This document shows, one piece after another, positions 37,108 to 48,611 of a stretch of 64,000 nt of DNA. The first letter of the stretch is position 1; every line of letters begins with the position of its first letter. The stretch is from Octopus sinensis (taxonomy: Eukaryota). The notes below the pieces were generated by a model that worked only from the letters and a program-made list of their open reading frames with translations, searched no databases and was not told the DNA's origin. The stretch is from contig NC_043002.1 in assembly GCF_006345805.1 (NCBI RefSeq), forward strand, positions 41,230,001 through 41,294,000. The letters run 5' to 3'. The position numbers were made by a program, and so were the translations under genes.

Positions 37108-37530
37108 TTCAGGCATGGCTGTGTGGTTATGAGTCTTGCTTTGAAACCACATGGTCTCAGGTTCAGTCTCAGTGTGCATTACTTTGGGTCATTATCTTCT
37201 GCTATAGTCTTGGGGCCAGTTAATTTCTTGAGTGAACTTGGTAAATGGAAACTGTGTAGGAGCCATTCAAATGTGTGTGTGTGTGTGTGTGTGTGTGTCC
37301 CCCACCACTTGACAGCCAGCATTAGCTTTTTTAAATGTTCCCCACTAACTTAGCAGGTCTGCAAAAGAGGTCCTATAGGATAAGTAACAAACTTTAAAAA
37401 TTAAGTTCTGGGGTTAATCTATTCGACTAATACCCATCAAGACAATGTCTCACGGTGGCTGCTGTCAGTACTAACAAATACTAACAAATCAAGCAAGAAG
37501 CCTCAACTGAAACAAGTAAAAGTTAAAAAA
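37108..37530 (+). mobile_element. SINE family A, diverged
   Basis: CAGGCATGGCTGTGTGGTT head, internal (TG)n, AACTGAAACAAGTAAAAG tail. Confidence 0.8.
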
Positions 37531-37627
37531 TAAAAACCAAAAATAGATCAGATAAAGTACTCCTAGATACCTTGCCTGAAAATCAGATGGGATGTCATTG
37601 TTAGAATGTCTTTGAAGATTACAGATA

Positions 37628-38237
37628 AGTTCACTGCCATCAATTCACCGTGAAGAAAGTTCACTGCAAGGAAAGTTTACTGAGAAAATATATCCTTAGT
37701 ATCTCACCATTAATAGTTTCCTTGCGGTGAACTTTCCTAGCAGTGAACATTCTGTACAGTAAACTTTCCTAGCAGTGAACATTCTGTACAGTAAACTTTC
37801 CCTGCAGTGAACAGTCCTTACAGTGAACTTTTCTTTATGATGAACTTTCCTTGCAGTGAATGTTCCTTATGATGAACTTATCGTGCAGTGAACATTCTTT
37901 ACAGTGAACTTTCCCTGCAGTGAACAGTCCTTACAGTGAACTTTTCTTATAATGAACTTTCCTTGCAGTGAACATTCTGTACAGTGAACTTACTTTACAG
38001 CAAACTTTCCCTGCAGTGAACAGTCCTTACAGTGAACTTCCCTTATGATGAACTTTCCTTGCAGTGAACATTCTGTACAGTGAACTTTCCCTGCAGTGAA
38101 CAGTCCTTGCAGTGAACTTTCCTTGCAGTGAACATCCCTTATGGTGAACTTCCCATGTAGTGAACATTCCTTATAGTGAATATTCTTTACAGTGGACTTT
38201 CCTTGCAGTGAACATTCCTTACAGTGAACTTTCCCTG
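37628..38237. repeat. 16-bp minisatellite (CAGTGAACwwTCCTTr), about 30 units, with a short inverted block at 37628-37683
   Basis: Units CAGTGAACTTTCCTTG / CAGTGAACATTCTGTA / CAGTGAACAGTCCTTA; left block reads CAAGGAAAGTTCACTG. Confidence 0.9.
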
Positions 38238-38499
38238 AAATTATTTGATGATGGGGGACTTACTGGACATGGTCTTTGAATGTCATTAATCATGCATTTG
38301 CTTAATCAGAACTAACAGAGAGCTAAACAACAACTACAACAGCAACAACTACAACGATAACAACAACAACAATGTCTCATTTTATCATGGTAACACAAAG
38401 ACATCACAACAGTTATATCTACTAAGATTCGTGCTTAACCGTAGGTCATCCCTAATCCAGGAAGCATATGATCAAAAGTATTCTAGCAATGACCAGATA

Positions 38500-38645
38500 T
38501 AGGCATAGGTATGGTTCAAAAGCTAACTTTCCAACCATGCAGTCTTGTGTTAAGCTCCACTGCACAGCACCTTGAGCAAGTGTCTTCTGATATGGTGCGA
38601 GGCCGACCATGACCTTGAGAATGGATTTGATGGACAGAAACTTGA
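38500..38645 (+). mobile_element. SINE family A, degenerate 5' half
   Basis: CCACTGCACAGCACCTTGAGCAAGTGTCTTCTG...GGATTTG. Confidence 0.7.
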
Positions 38646-38691
38646 GGATTTTCTGTCGAGAGGAGGTGAAAAGGCAGAGAATAGGAAAAAA

Positions 38692-39425
38692 GCGCAGGAG
38701 TGGCTGTGTGGTAAGTAGCTTGCTTACCAACCACATGGTTCTGGGTTCAATCCCACTGCATGGCACCTTGGGTAAGTGTCTTCTACTATAGCCTCAGGCC
38801 AACCGAAGCCTTGGGAGTGGATTTGGTAGACAGAAACTAAATGAAGCCTGTCGTATATATGTATATATATGTGTGTGTGTGTTTGTCCTCACAACATCGC
38901 TTGACAACTGATGCTGGTGTGTTTACGTCCCTGTAACTTAGTGGTTCGGCATAAGAGACCAATAGAATAAGTACTAGACTGTGAGGGCGCGTGGCTTAGT
39001 GGTTAGGGCATTCGGCTCATGATCGTAAGGTTGTGAGTTCGATTCCCGGCAACGCGTTGTGTCCTTGAGCAAGACACTTTATTTCACGTTGCTCCAGTCC
39101 ACTCAGCTGGCAAAAATGAGTTGTACTTGTATTTCAAAGGGTCAGCCTTGTCACTCTCTGTGTCACGCTGATTATCCCCGAGAACTACGTTAAGGGTACA
39201 CGTGTCTGTGGAATGCTCAGCCATTTGCACGTTAATTTCACGAGCAAGCTGTTCTGTTGATCGTATCAGCTGGGACCCTCGTCGTCGTAACTGGCGGAGT
39301 TTTTAAAAAGACTTACAAAGAATAAGTCCTGGGGCCGATTTGCTTGACTAAAGGCGGTGCTCCAGCATGGCCACAGTCAAATGACTGAAACAAGTAAAAG
39401 AATAAAAGAGTAAGAGTAAGAGTAC
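38692..39425 (+). mobile_element. SINE family A, split by a family C insertion
   Basis: Family A consensus resumes at 39309 (AGACTTACAAAGAATAAGTCC). Confidence 0.92.
38981..39308 (+). mobile_element. tRNA/CORE-like SINE family C, full length
   Basis: GGCTTAGTGGTTAGGGC (A box), GAGTTCGATTCC (B box), GTGTCCTTGAGCAAGACACTT core; 5-bp TSD AGACT. Confidence 0.92.
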
Positions 39426-39429
39426 AGAT

Positions 39430-39670
39430 AGCAACAACAGCAGTTTATAGAACTGTCCATTTTCAGTTGCATCACTGGCTGCAACATAAAGGATAATGAA
39501 AGAAATCACCCCCAACCCCAGTGCAAGAATTCAATAATAAGGGGTTCCATGGTGGGGGGGGCAGTGTGATGCTACTGGACGCAATAAGTCATATCAGCCC
39601 ATCATCTTACAATAATGAAGGGGATATGAAGAAACAAAGCTGACAAACTGTTTGATACAGAAGGAAAGGA
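39430..39670 (+). repeat. Unclassified interspersed repeat shared with 55060-55320
   Basis: CCATTTTCAGTTGCA.CAC...AAAGGATAA.GAAAGAAATC...GGTTCCATG present at both loci. Confidence 0.6.
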
Positions 39671-40150
39671 AAATAAAAAAAAATTAATTAGAAGGAAAAG
39701 AAAACATTGATGCTTTTCCCAAACTTTTCAGATTTATTCTGTTGAGTCTGGGGAGAGTCATTTTCTTTTTGTGCCTTACAATGTAACACACTCACCAGTA
39801 AAATTTCCACTTATTTCTTATTTTTATTTTCCTAAAATTTGCGTTGCGTCTTGCACAAAAAGAAAATGACTCTCCCCAGACACAACAGAATATGCTTCAA
39901 CACACGAACTCATATAAAGAATCTTGCAAACCAAATCCAAAAACGAAATATTCAGATTTATTATTTTCAGTTAAGGATTGAAACCGTATATCTTGTGTTC
40001 AGTAAATACGTATACCTCTTACTTTCTGATCCTCCAACACCACTACTATAAGTCTATTGTTGTTGTTGTTGCTGCTGCTACTGCTGCAGCTGTTTTTGTT
40101 GTTGTTGTGCTACTGCTGCAGTTGCTGTTGCTGCTGCTGCCATTGCTGTT

Positions 40151-40181
<31 letters not shown>

Positions 40182-40188
40182 CTGCTGC

Positions 40189-40222
<34 letters not shown>

Positions 40223-40233
40223 GCTGCTGCTGC

Positions 40234-40267
<34 letters not shown>

Positions 40268-40927
40268 GCTATTGCTGCTGCTGTTGTTGTTGTTACTGCT
40301 GCTGCTATTGTTGTTGCTACTGTAGTGCTCCAGATCAGTTTTGATCGAACATAGTCTGGTGACCAAAGTTATTCCAGCCATGGTTATCTATTAAAAAGGT
40401 TGTTTTATTTTCTGTTTCTAATTTTTCATTTTTTCAGGAATTGCAATCACCAGATTATAGTATTCTTTTTCTCACTGTGTCTCTTGTAAAATCATCAGAG
40501 TATGATTCGAGGGAGATTTTGTTACTATTTCTAACAGGTCTCGTCTAAATTATCACTTACATTATTGGTGACTGTTACTTGATAAATAGCAGTCCAGCAG
40601 ACAATAGTATCAGCTACTTAACAATCATGTACAATGATAGGATTATATCGGAAACTAGGTGCTAAACACTACCAAAGCTACCTATTGAGTAACATGGAAA
40701 CAGAGCAGGATGGTGGAATGGGAGAGAGAACAATAAAAGAATAATAGCAGAATGGAAATTAACAAGTGCTAGAGTGCTTCCAGAGAGCAAGAGGTCTTCT
40801 TCAAATGCCCCTCAGTTTTCATTAATTTTTCAAAACAAGTACTGACCTCTGAAAGAGGTCAACAAGCCTTCCGCCATCACTTTAAAACAGCTTGTTATGA
40901 TATGAACCAATGGGAAACTTTTAAATA

Positions 40928-41142
40928 TGATGGGGTGCTGAAAAGTTCTTGGCTTTGGGTAACAGAAAATACAGGAGGATCAGTTAATTATAGTTTTATT
41001 CATCATATTCCTCTCTCAGATTCACACACATATTGCAGCAGTAACTCAGTTTTTCTAAGCTTTGTAAAAGAACTTGGAAGGTTGAACTTCCAACTAGTCT
41101 TTCATGATACCTTAAAGCCAGGACTTTCAGCATCCCTTCATG
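40928..41142. mobile_element. Mariner-derived MITE
   Basis: TIRs TGATGGGGTGCTGAAAAGTTCTTGGCTTT / AAAGCCAGGACTTTCAGCATCCCTTCATG; TA on the left. Confidence 0.8.
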
Positions 41143-41156
41143 TCTATATATGTGTG

Positions 41157-41208
<52 letters not shown>

Positions 41209-41335
41209 ATACCGCAACATCCTTTGTGTTCTGTTTTTGATTTCATTTGATACATATACCCTCTCACCTCTGCTACTAGCTGGCGTATACAGGTGCTTAC
41301 ACTTATCAAGTATTCACCCTAAATTTATATATCTA

Positions 41336-41419
<84 letters not shown>

Positions 41420-41558
41420 AATGGTAAGACAACAAAAGAAAGAAAGAGACCTCGATATTATGTAAATAGAGGAATTTATCTGTAAATGTAACATATGACA
41501 ATTATTCGGTAGCCACTTGGAGTTTTATCATGGCTACCGAATAATTGTTACATATTAC

Positions 41559-41634
<76 letters not shown>

Positions 41635-41724
41635 CCAGTGGATGCTGTTGTGGTTGTTGATGCACATAGTTGTGATCAAGGTTGTTCCAGCAGTGACCAT
41701 CCATTTTATATTATATTATATAGT

Positions 41725-41864
41725 TTTAGCTTGCTTACCAACCACATGATTCTGGGTTCAGTTCCACTGCGTGGCACCTTGGGCAAGTGTCTTCTACTAT
41801 AGCCTTGGGCTGACCAAAACCTTGTGAGTGGATTTGGTAGACGGAAACTGAAAGAAGCCCGTCG

Positions 41865-41921
<57 letters not shown>

Positions 41922-42170
41922 ATGTGTGTGTATATATATATGAGTATGTATATGTTTGTGTATCTGTGTTTGTCCTCCCACCATTGCTTGACAGCCGATG
42001 CTGGTGTGTTTATGTCGTCATAACTTAGCAGTTTGGCATAAGAGACTGATAGACTAAGTACTAGGCTTACAAAGAAGAAATCCTGGGGTCGATTTGCTCG
42101 AATAAAAGCAGTGCTCCAGCATGGCCACAGTCAAATGGCTGAAACAAGTAAACGAGTAAAAGAGTAAGCT
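41725..42170 (+). mobile_element. SINE family A, near full length
   Basis: GCTTGCTTACCAACCACATG through GAAACAAGTAAACGAGTAAAAGAG. Confidence 0.92.
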
Positions 42171-42225
42171 AAAGGAGCTGGTTTTAAAATCTCTGAAAGA
42201 GATTCATGTAGTAACAGTACTGAGC

Positions 42226-42628
42226 AGTAATGGTTGTTGCCATTTTCATATGGCTGTTCCAGGCAGAACAATATTACTACATTTTAACCCCATTAACCAG
42301 CTGGTTAACGACATGCAACCTGTGTCTGTTATATTGTGAGCAAGGGAGCAAACCACTCCCCTCCAGCATGGCAAGACTGGCAAACCAGTTGGTTTCTGGG
42401 TGCGTTAGCAGGCAGGTGTCCAGTACTGAGGATGGGTGCATGCCAAGAAACCAGCTGCTCTGCTGGTCTTGCTACGCTGGAGGGGAAGTGGTTCACTCCC
42501 TTACTCGCAATATAACAGAGATAGGTTATGTGTCATTAACCAGCTGGAAAAGCTGTTTTCCTAGGGTTAAAATGTAATAACATTGTTCTGCATGGAACAG
42601 CCATGTAAAAGTGGCAACAAACATTACT
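42226..42628. mobile_element. Fold-back MITE (arms about 180 bp)
   Basis: 42226-42403 is an inverted repeat of 42438-42628, e.g. GGCTGTTCCAGGCAGAACAAT vs ATTGTTCTGCATGGAACAGCC. Confidence 0.85.
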
Positions 42629-42824
42629 ATTTTTTTTGTTTTTGTTTTATTTTTCCTTTTTCAGGAATTGTGATAAAACTAAGTTTTCTTTTTTCTTTCC
42701 CCCCAGTGTGTCTTTCATAAAGACATTAGAGTCTGATGTGAGGCTAAGCTTCACTACTATTTCTAACAGGCCAGCTACTCACAGAAATGCACTTTCATAC
42801 TACTTCTTCATGTCTGTGTGTCTC

Positions 42825-43040
42825 CTCACCACCATTGTTTGACAATTGGTGTTGGTTTGTTTATGTCCCTGTAACTCAGCAGTTCAGTAAAAAAAAAAAG
42901 ACCCATAGAATAAGTACCAGACTTTAAAAGTAAGTACTGGTGGTGGTGGCGGCGGGGGAAATTGAGCTGTTCAACTAAAACTCTTCGAGGCTGTACTCCA
43001 GCATGGCTGCTGTTCAATGACCAAGACAAGTAAACAGTAA
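42825..43040 (+). mobile_element. SINE family A, 3' half
   Basis: GTCCCTGTAACTCAGCAGTTCAG...ACTCCAGCATGGCTGC. Confidence 0.75.
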
Positions 43041-43329
43041 CAAAAATATAATTACCTGATGATGGTCATTTCTTGAATGTCTTAGATTATAGGTTCACTT
43101 TGTCAGAGGTGGCCTGAAGCCAACAAACAACATCATCATCATCATCATCATCATATCATCATCATCATCATCATCATCATCTGTCATCATCATCATCATC
43201 ATCATCATTAACAACAACAATAGTTTATCACAAGAGGTTAGAGATAAAACTAATTGCAATTTAGCGTTTGGTGTGTATGACACAATTATAACTAATTTCA
43301 TTGCGTTTACATTAAATGTTCTCACAAGT

Positions 43330-44180
43330 TGATTGAAGCTGTCATTTTACAATACAAAGTGATGCCTGACTTTGAGAGTTGGACATTTCTATAGGAACCT
43401 GATTCAAAGCTTCATAAATTGTAACCTTGATTTGTTGAGTCCATGGGAAACAACATCCAACGAAAGGGGAGCTCTATCCCCAACATGTCATCAATCATTC
43501 GAGAGCGAAGGACAAGAGATGCAGGTCACTGCTATCAAAACAACGATGAATTAGTGAGCTCTCTCTGTGGATACCAAGCCATGTTAATTCTCATGTCAAA
43601 TGACCCAGAATGACATACGTCGATCAACTCCCTTGTGATGTCAAGGATGTAAAGGCGGCAAGCTGGCAGAAACGTTAGCACGCTGGGCGAAATGCTTAGC
43701 GGTATTTCATCTGCCGTTACGTTCTGAGTTCAAATTCCACGAAGGTCGACTTTGCCTTTCATCCTTTCGGGGTCGATAAATTAAGTACCAGTTACGCACT
43801 GGGGTCGATATAATCGACTTAATTCGTTTGTCTGTCTTTGTTTGTCCTCTCTGTGTTTAGCCCCTTGTGAGTAGTAAAGAAATAGGTATTTCGTCTGCCG
43901 TTATGTTCTGAGTTCAAATTCCGCCGAGGTCAACTTTGCATTTCATCCTTTCAGGGTCGATGAATTAAGTACCAGTTACACACTGGGGTCGATGTAATTG
44001 ACTTAATCCCTTTGTCTGTCCTTGTTTGTCCCCTCTATGTTTAGCCCCTTGTGGGCAATAAAGAAATAAGAAATAAGAAACTCCCTTGTGATGTCAAGTC
44101 ACAAATTGAAGACCTCAAAAATGTCATGGATGACAGGAATGCTTGGAGAGAAAGAATGATTTTGGTCCTAGCAACCCACC
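43330..44180 (+). mobile_element. Old RTE-superfamily LINE ORF2 C-terminal fragment
   Basis: IRERRTRDAGHCYQNNDELVS..LWIPSH...RMTYVDQL / IEDLKNVMDDRNAWRER; split by the SINE B dimer. Confidence 0.7.
43646..44078 (+). mobile_element. Dimeric SINE family B with a 20-bp TSD
   Basis: One head and two tandem bodies; TSD AACTCCCTTGTGATGTCAAG at 43626-43645 and 44079-44098. Confidence 0.95.
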
Positions 44181-44264
44181 TGAAATGATGGATAAATAAA
44201 TGACAAAATTGCAATCCTGATGCTTGTTAATATCATGTAATACTGGCATTCTATTGGTTATGGT

Positions 44265-44468
44265 GATGAGAGTTCCAGTTGATCCAATCAACAGTACAGC
44301 CTGTTTGTGAAATTGATGTGCAAGTGGCTGAGCATTCTACAGATAAATGTACCTTTAGCATAAGATTCAGCATGACACAAAATGTGACACGGTCGGCCCT
44401 TTGAATCACAGGTACAACTCACTTTTGACAGCTGAGTGGAATGGAGTAACATGAAATAAAGTGTCTTA
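44265..44468 (-). mobile_element. SINE family C, 5'-truncated
   Basis: TTCCAGTTGATCC...GTGCAAGTGGCTGAGCA...CAGCTGAGTGGA. Confidence 0.8.
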
Positions 44469-44903
44469 TTTGAAGTCTGCTCATCTGACCATGATATAAG
44501 ATAACAAGATGTTAATATCTGGATGTAGGATACATCTTTGAGGTTTTTCTACTTGCCCTTTTGATGAAGGATGATGTTGCTAGTGAGTGAAGTCATGTCC
44601 CTACAATTTGATGTCAATAGACCTCACCATATCACTTACTTTATCGATCTGAAGTTAACTGTTGGTGGTATTGATTTTCTAAAAATAATAAGATATCCAA
44701 TTTGTTGCCTTAACTAGATGCTGAGGGCCAACATTGCCATCTTTCAGTAAATTTGTCTATCTCTCTGTATCATTATAAATCTTTGTCTTTCTCTCTCTCC
44801 TCTCTCTCTCTCTCTCCCTCTCCCTCCCCTCTCTTTCTCTCTCTCTTTTTCTCTCTCTTTCTTTCTCTCTCTCTCTCTTAATAAATATATATGTATATAT
44901 ATA

Positions 44904-44934
<31 letters not shown>

Positions 44935-44962
44935 AATACACATATACATATGTGTGTGTGTG

Positions 44963-45650
44963 TGTGTTATGTTGCATATGAATGAGGATAGCTGTGTGAA
45001 AAAGTGTTACACCCAAGCAGTAGAGGAAACTTGTGGAAGAGGTAGACCCAGGAAGACTTGGGATGAGGTGTTGAAGCATGGCCTTCGAACGTTGGGCCAC
45101 ACTGAGGTGATAACAAGTGACCGAGACCTTTGGAGATATGCTATGCTTGAGAAGATCTGGCAAGCTAAGTAAGACCATAAGCTCAGCCTATGCCATTGCA
45201 ACATAACCAGCCCATTTAAGAGTACCCTTTAAGTATTGGGCAATAAACTACACTTGTGAAGATCTGTTGAGGCAAGTGAAGTTGTTGTCATGGCTGATGA
45301 CAGTATTGCCTGATTGGCACCCATGCCGGTGGCACATAAAAAGCACCATTTGAGCATGGTCGATGCCAGTGCCAGCTAACTGGTCCCATGCCAGTGGCAT
45401 GTAAAAAGCATCATTCAAGTATGGCCGTTGCCAGTGCCATCTGACTGGCTCCCATGCACGTGGCACATAAAAAGCACCCACTACACTCTCAGAGTGGTAT
45501 GTGTTGGGAAGGGCATCCAGCTGTAGAAACATTGCGAGATCGGATTGGAGCCAGATCGGATTGGAGCCAGATCGGCTTGCCAGCCCTCAGTTAAACCGTC
45601 CAACCCATGCCAACATGGAATGCGGACGTTAAATGATGATGATGATGATG
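44963..45650 (+). mobile_element. RTE-LINE 3' fragment (ORF2 end, UTR, tail)
   Basis: HMNEDSCVKKC...CGRGRPRKTWDEV...DRDLWRYA matches the 49087-49323 ORF end. Confidence 0.92.
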
Positions 45651-45800
45651 TATGTATGTATGTCATTATTCAGTTTATTTCAAGATTTCTTAACAATAAA
45701 GAAAGAACTGTTTTCTAACCCAGATCCAAGGCTTCTTCATTGGAATTTCAACATCAACAACAGGGTATTTTTGTTTGAATGTATGTATGTATGTATGTGA

Positions 45801-45832
<32 letters not shown>

Positions 45833-46079
45833 ATTTAAAGGAAAAATTCAGGGGAATAAATACAAGGTAGCTAAATGCTGCTTAAATGTCCCAGGATTTA
45901 AATCTGGAATAGTAAGTCATATTTTGTAGAAAATGGAAAAATTGAACATGGAAACACACTCTCGGAATGTTGTTAAACCATTTATATCTTGAATTCCTCT
46001 ACATATAAGACAATAAGTTGTTAATATCTGGATGTAGGATATACACTCATACACATATGTATGTATGCATTTATATATA

Positions 46080-47634
46080 CAGGGTGCATAAGGTGTTTGA
46101 GGACATACTGTTTTGGGGTCATTGCTGTGTTCTTTTGCTAACTCCGTATAATCTTTGTTTCAGAAAATAATAATGGCAGACCCTAAGCTTACTCAAGAAA
46201 TGAAGAGGCATGCTGTTATTGTGGTTATAAAGGCTGAGCATAGCGATTTAGAAATATCTCAATTTTTAAAAGTTGCCAGATTATTTGTCTACAAAGTTTG
46301 TAGAGAGCAAGAGACATATCACCAGTATCATCATCATCATCATCGTTTAACGTCCGTTCTCCATGCTAGCATGGGTTGGACAGTTCGACCGGGGATCTGG
46401 GAAGCCAGAAGGCTGCACCAGGCTCCAGTCTTATCTGGCAATGTTTCTACAGCTGGATGCCCTTCCTAACGCCAACCACTCCGTGAGTGTAGTGGGTGCT
46501 TTTTACGTGTCACCTGCACAGGTGCCAGGCGAGGCTGGCAACGGCCACAGTCGGATTGGTGTATTTTATGTGCCACCGGCACAGAAGCCAGTTGAGGCGG
46601 TGCTAGCATCGGCCACGAGTCGGATAGTGCTTTTTACGTACCACCAGACCAGGGATCCTGGCTAAAGCACACTAAACGCTCTTAAATCATCAGAACACTT
46701 GAATTTATCCAGCACTTTCAACAGACCAGTCCCTGGAAATCCATAAGGTCAATTGCAAAAGTTCTCCATATCTCAGAAGGAATAGTCAGAAATGATGTCC
46801 ATGAAGACATCAGATGAGGAAAAGTCAGTTTGCCTGAAAAAGCAAAAGAAAATCACTACATCAGATCTAAAAGGGCTCTCAAACAAATTGAAAAAAATCC
46901 AGCAGAAGATTTGATTTGGCTTTTCTCAAACATGAAAAACCTTGACTAAGATCAAAAAGTTAACAGAAGAAATGACAGATGGTTATGTGCAGACCTTTCT
47001 GAAGTTCCAAGTGTTATGCATACAAAATTTCCTGCAACTGTCATGGTTTTAATGGTTGTCAGCAATGAAGGACAAGTGATGCCTCCTTACTTCTTTCCAC
47101 AAGGCCTTAGAGTTAACTCTGCCACCTACATTGAGATTCTTGAAATAATTGCTAAGCCCCGGATAGACAGTGTATGCAATGGAAGGCCATAAGTGTTTCA
47201 GTAAGACTCTGCACTATCACACATGGTTCTAGTAACACAGGAATGGATGGCTGAAAATTTTCATGATCACATAACCCCTAACATTTGGCCTCCTAATTTC
47301 CCAGATCTCAATCCATTGGACTATTACATGTGGAGCATTGTTGAGAGAGAGGTCAATGAACATGTTCAAAACACCAAAGATTTTTTGAAAGCTGCTATAA
47401 TCAGAGTAATGTCCAAAATGAACCAGGACCACTTGATTCAAGCATGTAGATGATTTAGATTTCATATAGAAGCAGTTGTTGAAGCTGAAGGTGGCTTTAT
47501 TGAATACATTATAGAAAAGAAGGTTTATCTTTATCCTCATAGTATGTTTTGATAAATAAAGTTATTATCTGTTATTATATATCTGTTTTTTTTTTATAAA
47601 CATAAATCTGTCCTCAAATATCTTACACACCCTG
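46080..47634 (+). mobile_element. Full-length degenerate DD37D (maT/mori-type) Tc1/mariner transposon
   Basis: 26-bp TIRs CAGGGTGCATAAGGTGTTTGAGGACA / TGTCCTCAAATATCTTACACACCCTG with TA flanks; FQ*D-37 residues-D in WPPNFPDLNPLDYY. Confidence 0.92.
46326..46665 (-). mobile_element. RTE-LINE 3' tail inserted in the maT transposase
   Basis: (TCA)n CGTTTAACGTCCGTTCTCCATGCTAGC... reverse tail. Confidence 0.92.
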
Positions 47635-48105
47635 TAGATACACACAACACTCACACACACACACACACATGCACACATACACATTATTTAGACAGAGAGA
47701 TGTATGGATATGAATATATATACATACATACATAGATACATACATACATACATACATACATACATAAATACGTACGTATGTACATACATAAATACGTACA
47801 TATGTACATACATACATACGCCCCTCACACACAAAGATTCCTCTTTTCTGTTGGATCATTAATTACTTTGAATTAATTTCATAGAATAAGTCTTAAGTGT
47901 TTTGTGGTAGATAACATCCTATAGCTAATTAGCCCATTAACCTAATTAACAATATTATGTATAATAGTTCATCAATGTTTTAACTAACATCAGTTATTTT
48001 AGAAACAAGAAACTTGTTAAATGATTCAGTCTTATCAATACCGCAATGCTGTCTCTTCTTTATATCATACCACAGTCACTAATCTCACTAATTATTAATA
48101 ACTGG

Positions 48106-48176
<71 letters not shown>

Positions 48177-48216
48177 TGATGATGATGACGATGAAAATAA
48201 TAATAATAATAATAAT

Positions 48217-48430
48217 GGTTTCAAATGTTGTCACAAGGGCAGATATTTTGGGGGAGGGGATGAGTCAATTACATCGACCCCAGTGTTTAACTGGTACTTA
48301 TTTTATCAATCCTGAAAGGATGAAAGGCAAAGTTGACCTCAGGAGAATTTGAACTCAGAACGGAGCAACGGGCAAAATACTGCTAAGCATTTCGTCCAGC
48401 ATGCTAACGATTCTGCTAGCTCACCAGCTA
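48217..48430 (-). mobile_element. SINE family B (tail variant b)
   Basis: Full body on the minus strand between (AAT)n tracts. Confidence 0.9.
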
Positions 48431-48611
48431 AATAATAATAATCATCATCATCATCATCATCATCGTTTAGCGTCTGCTTTCCATGCTAGCATGGGTTGGA
48501 CGGGTCAACTGGGGTCTGTGAAGCTGGAAGGCTTCGTCAGGCCCAGTCAGATCTGGCAGTGTTTCTACTGCTGGATGCCCTTCCTAACACCAACCACTCC
48601 GCGAGTGTAGT

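Noticed and set aside
37717-38237. 16-bp array as CRISPR or iteron
   Set aside because: Contiguous units without spacers in a eukaryotic context; it is a minisatellite.
41195-41330. TA-embedded segment with TTGATAA-GTG(TAAG)CAC on the minus strand
   Set aside because: The core has several mismatches and there is no GAAA or stem I; not supportable as a ribozyme.
40405-42780. Acceptor-like TTTTTTCAG|GAATTG at about 40435 and 42660
   Set aside because: The two sites are homologous copies of a degenerate repeat (shared downstream ACTATTTCTAACAGG); no coding frame.
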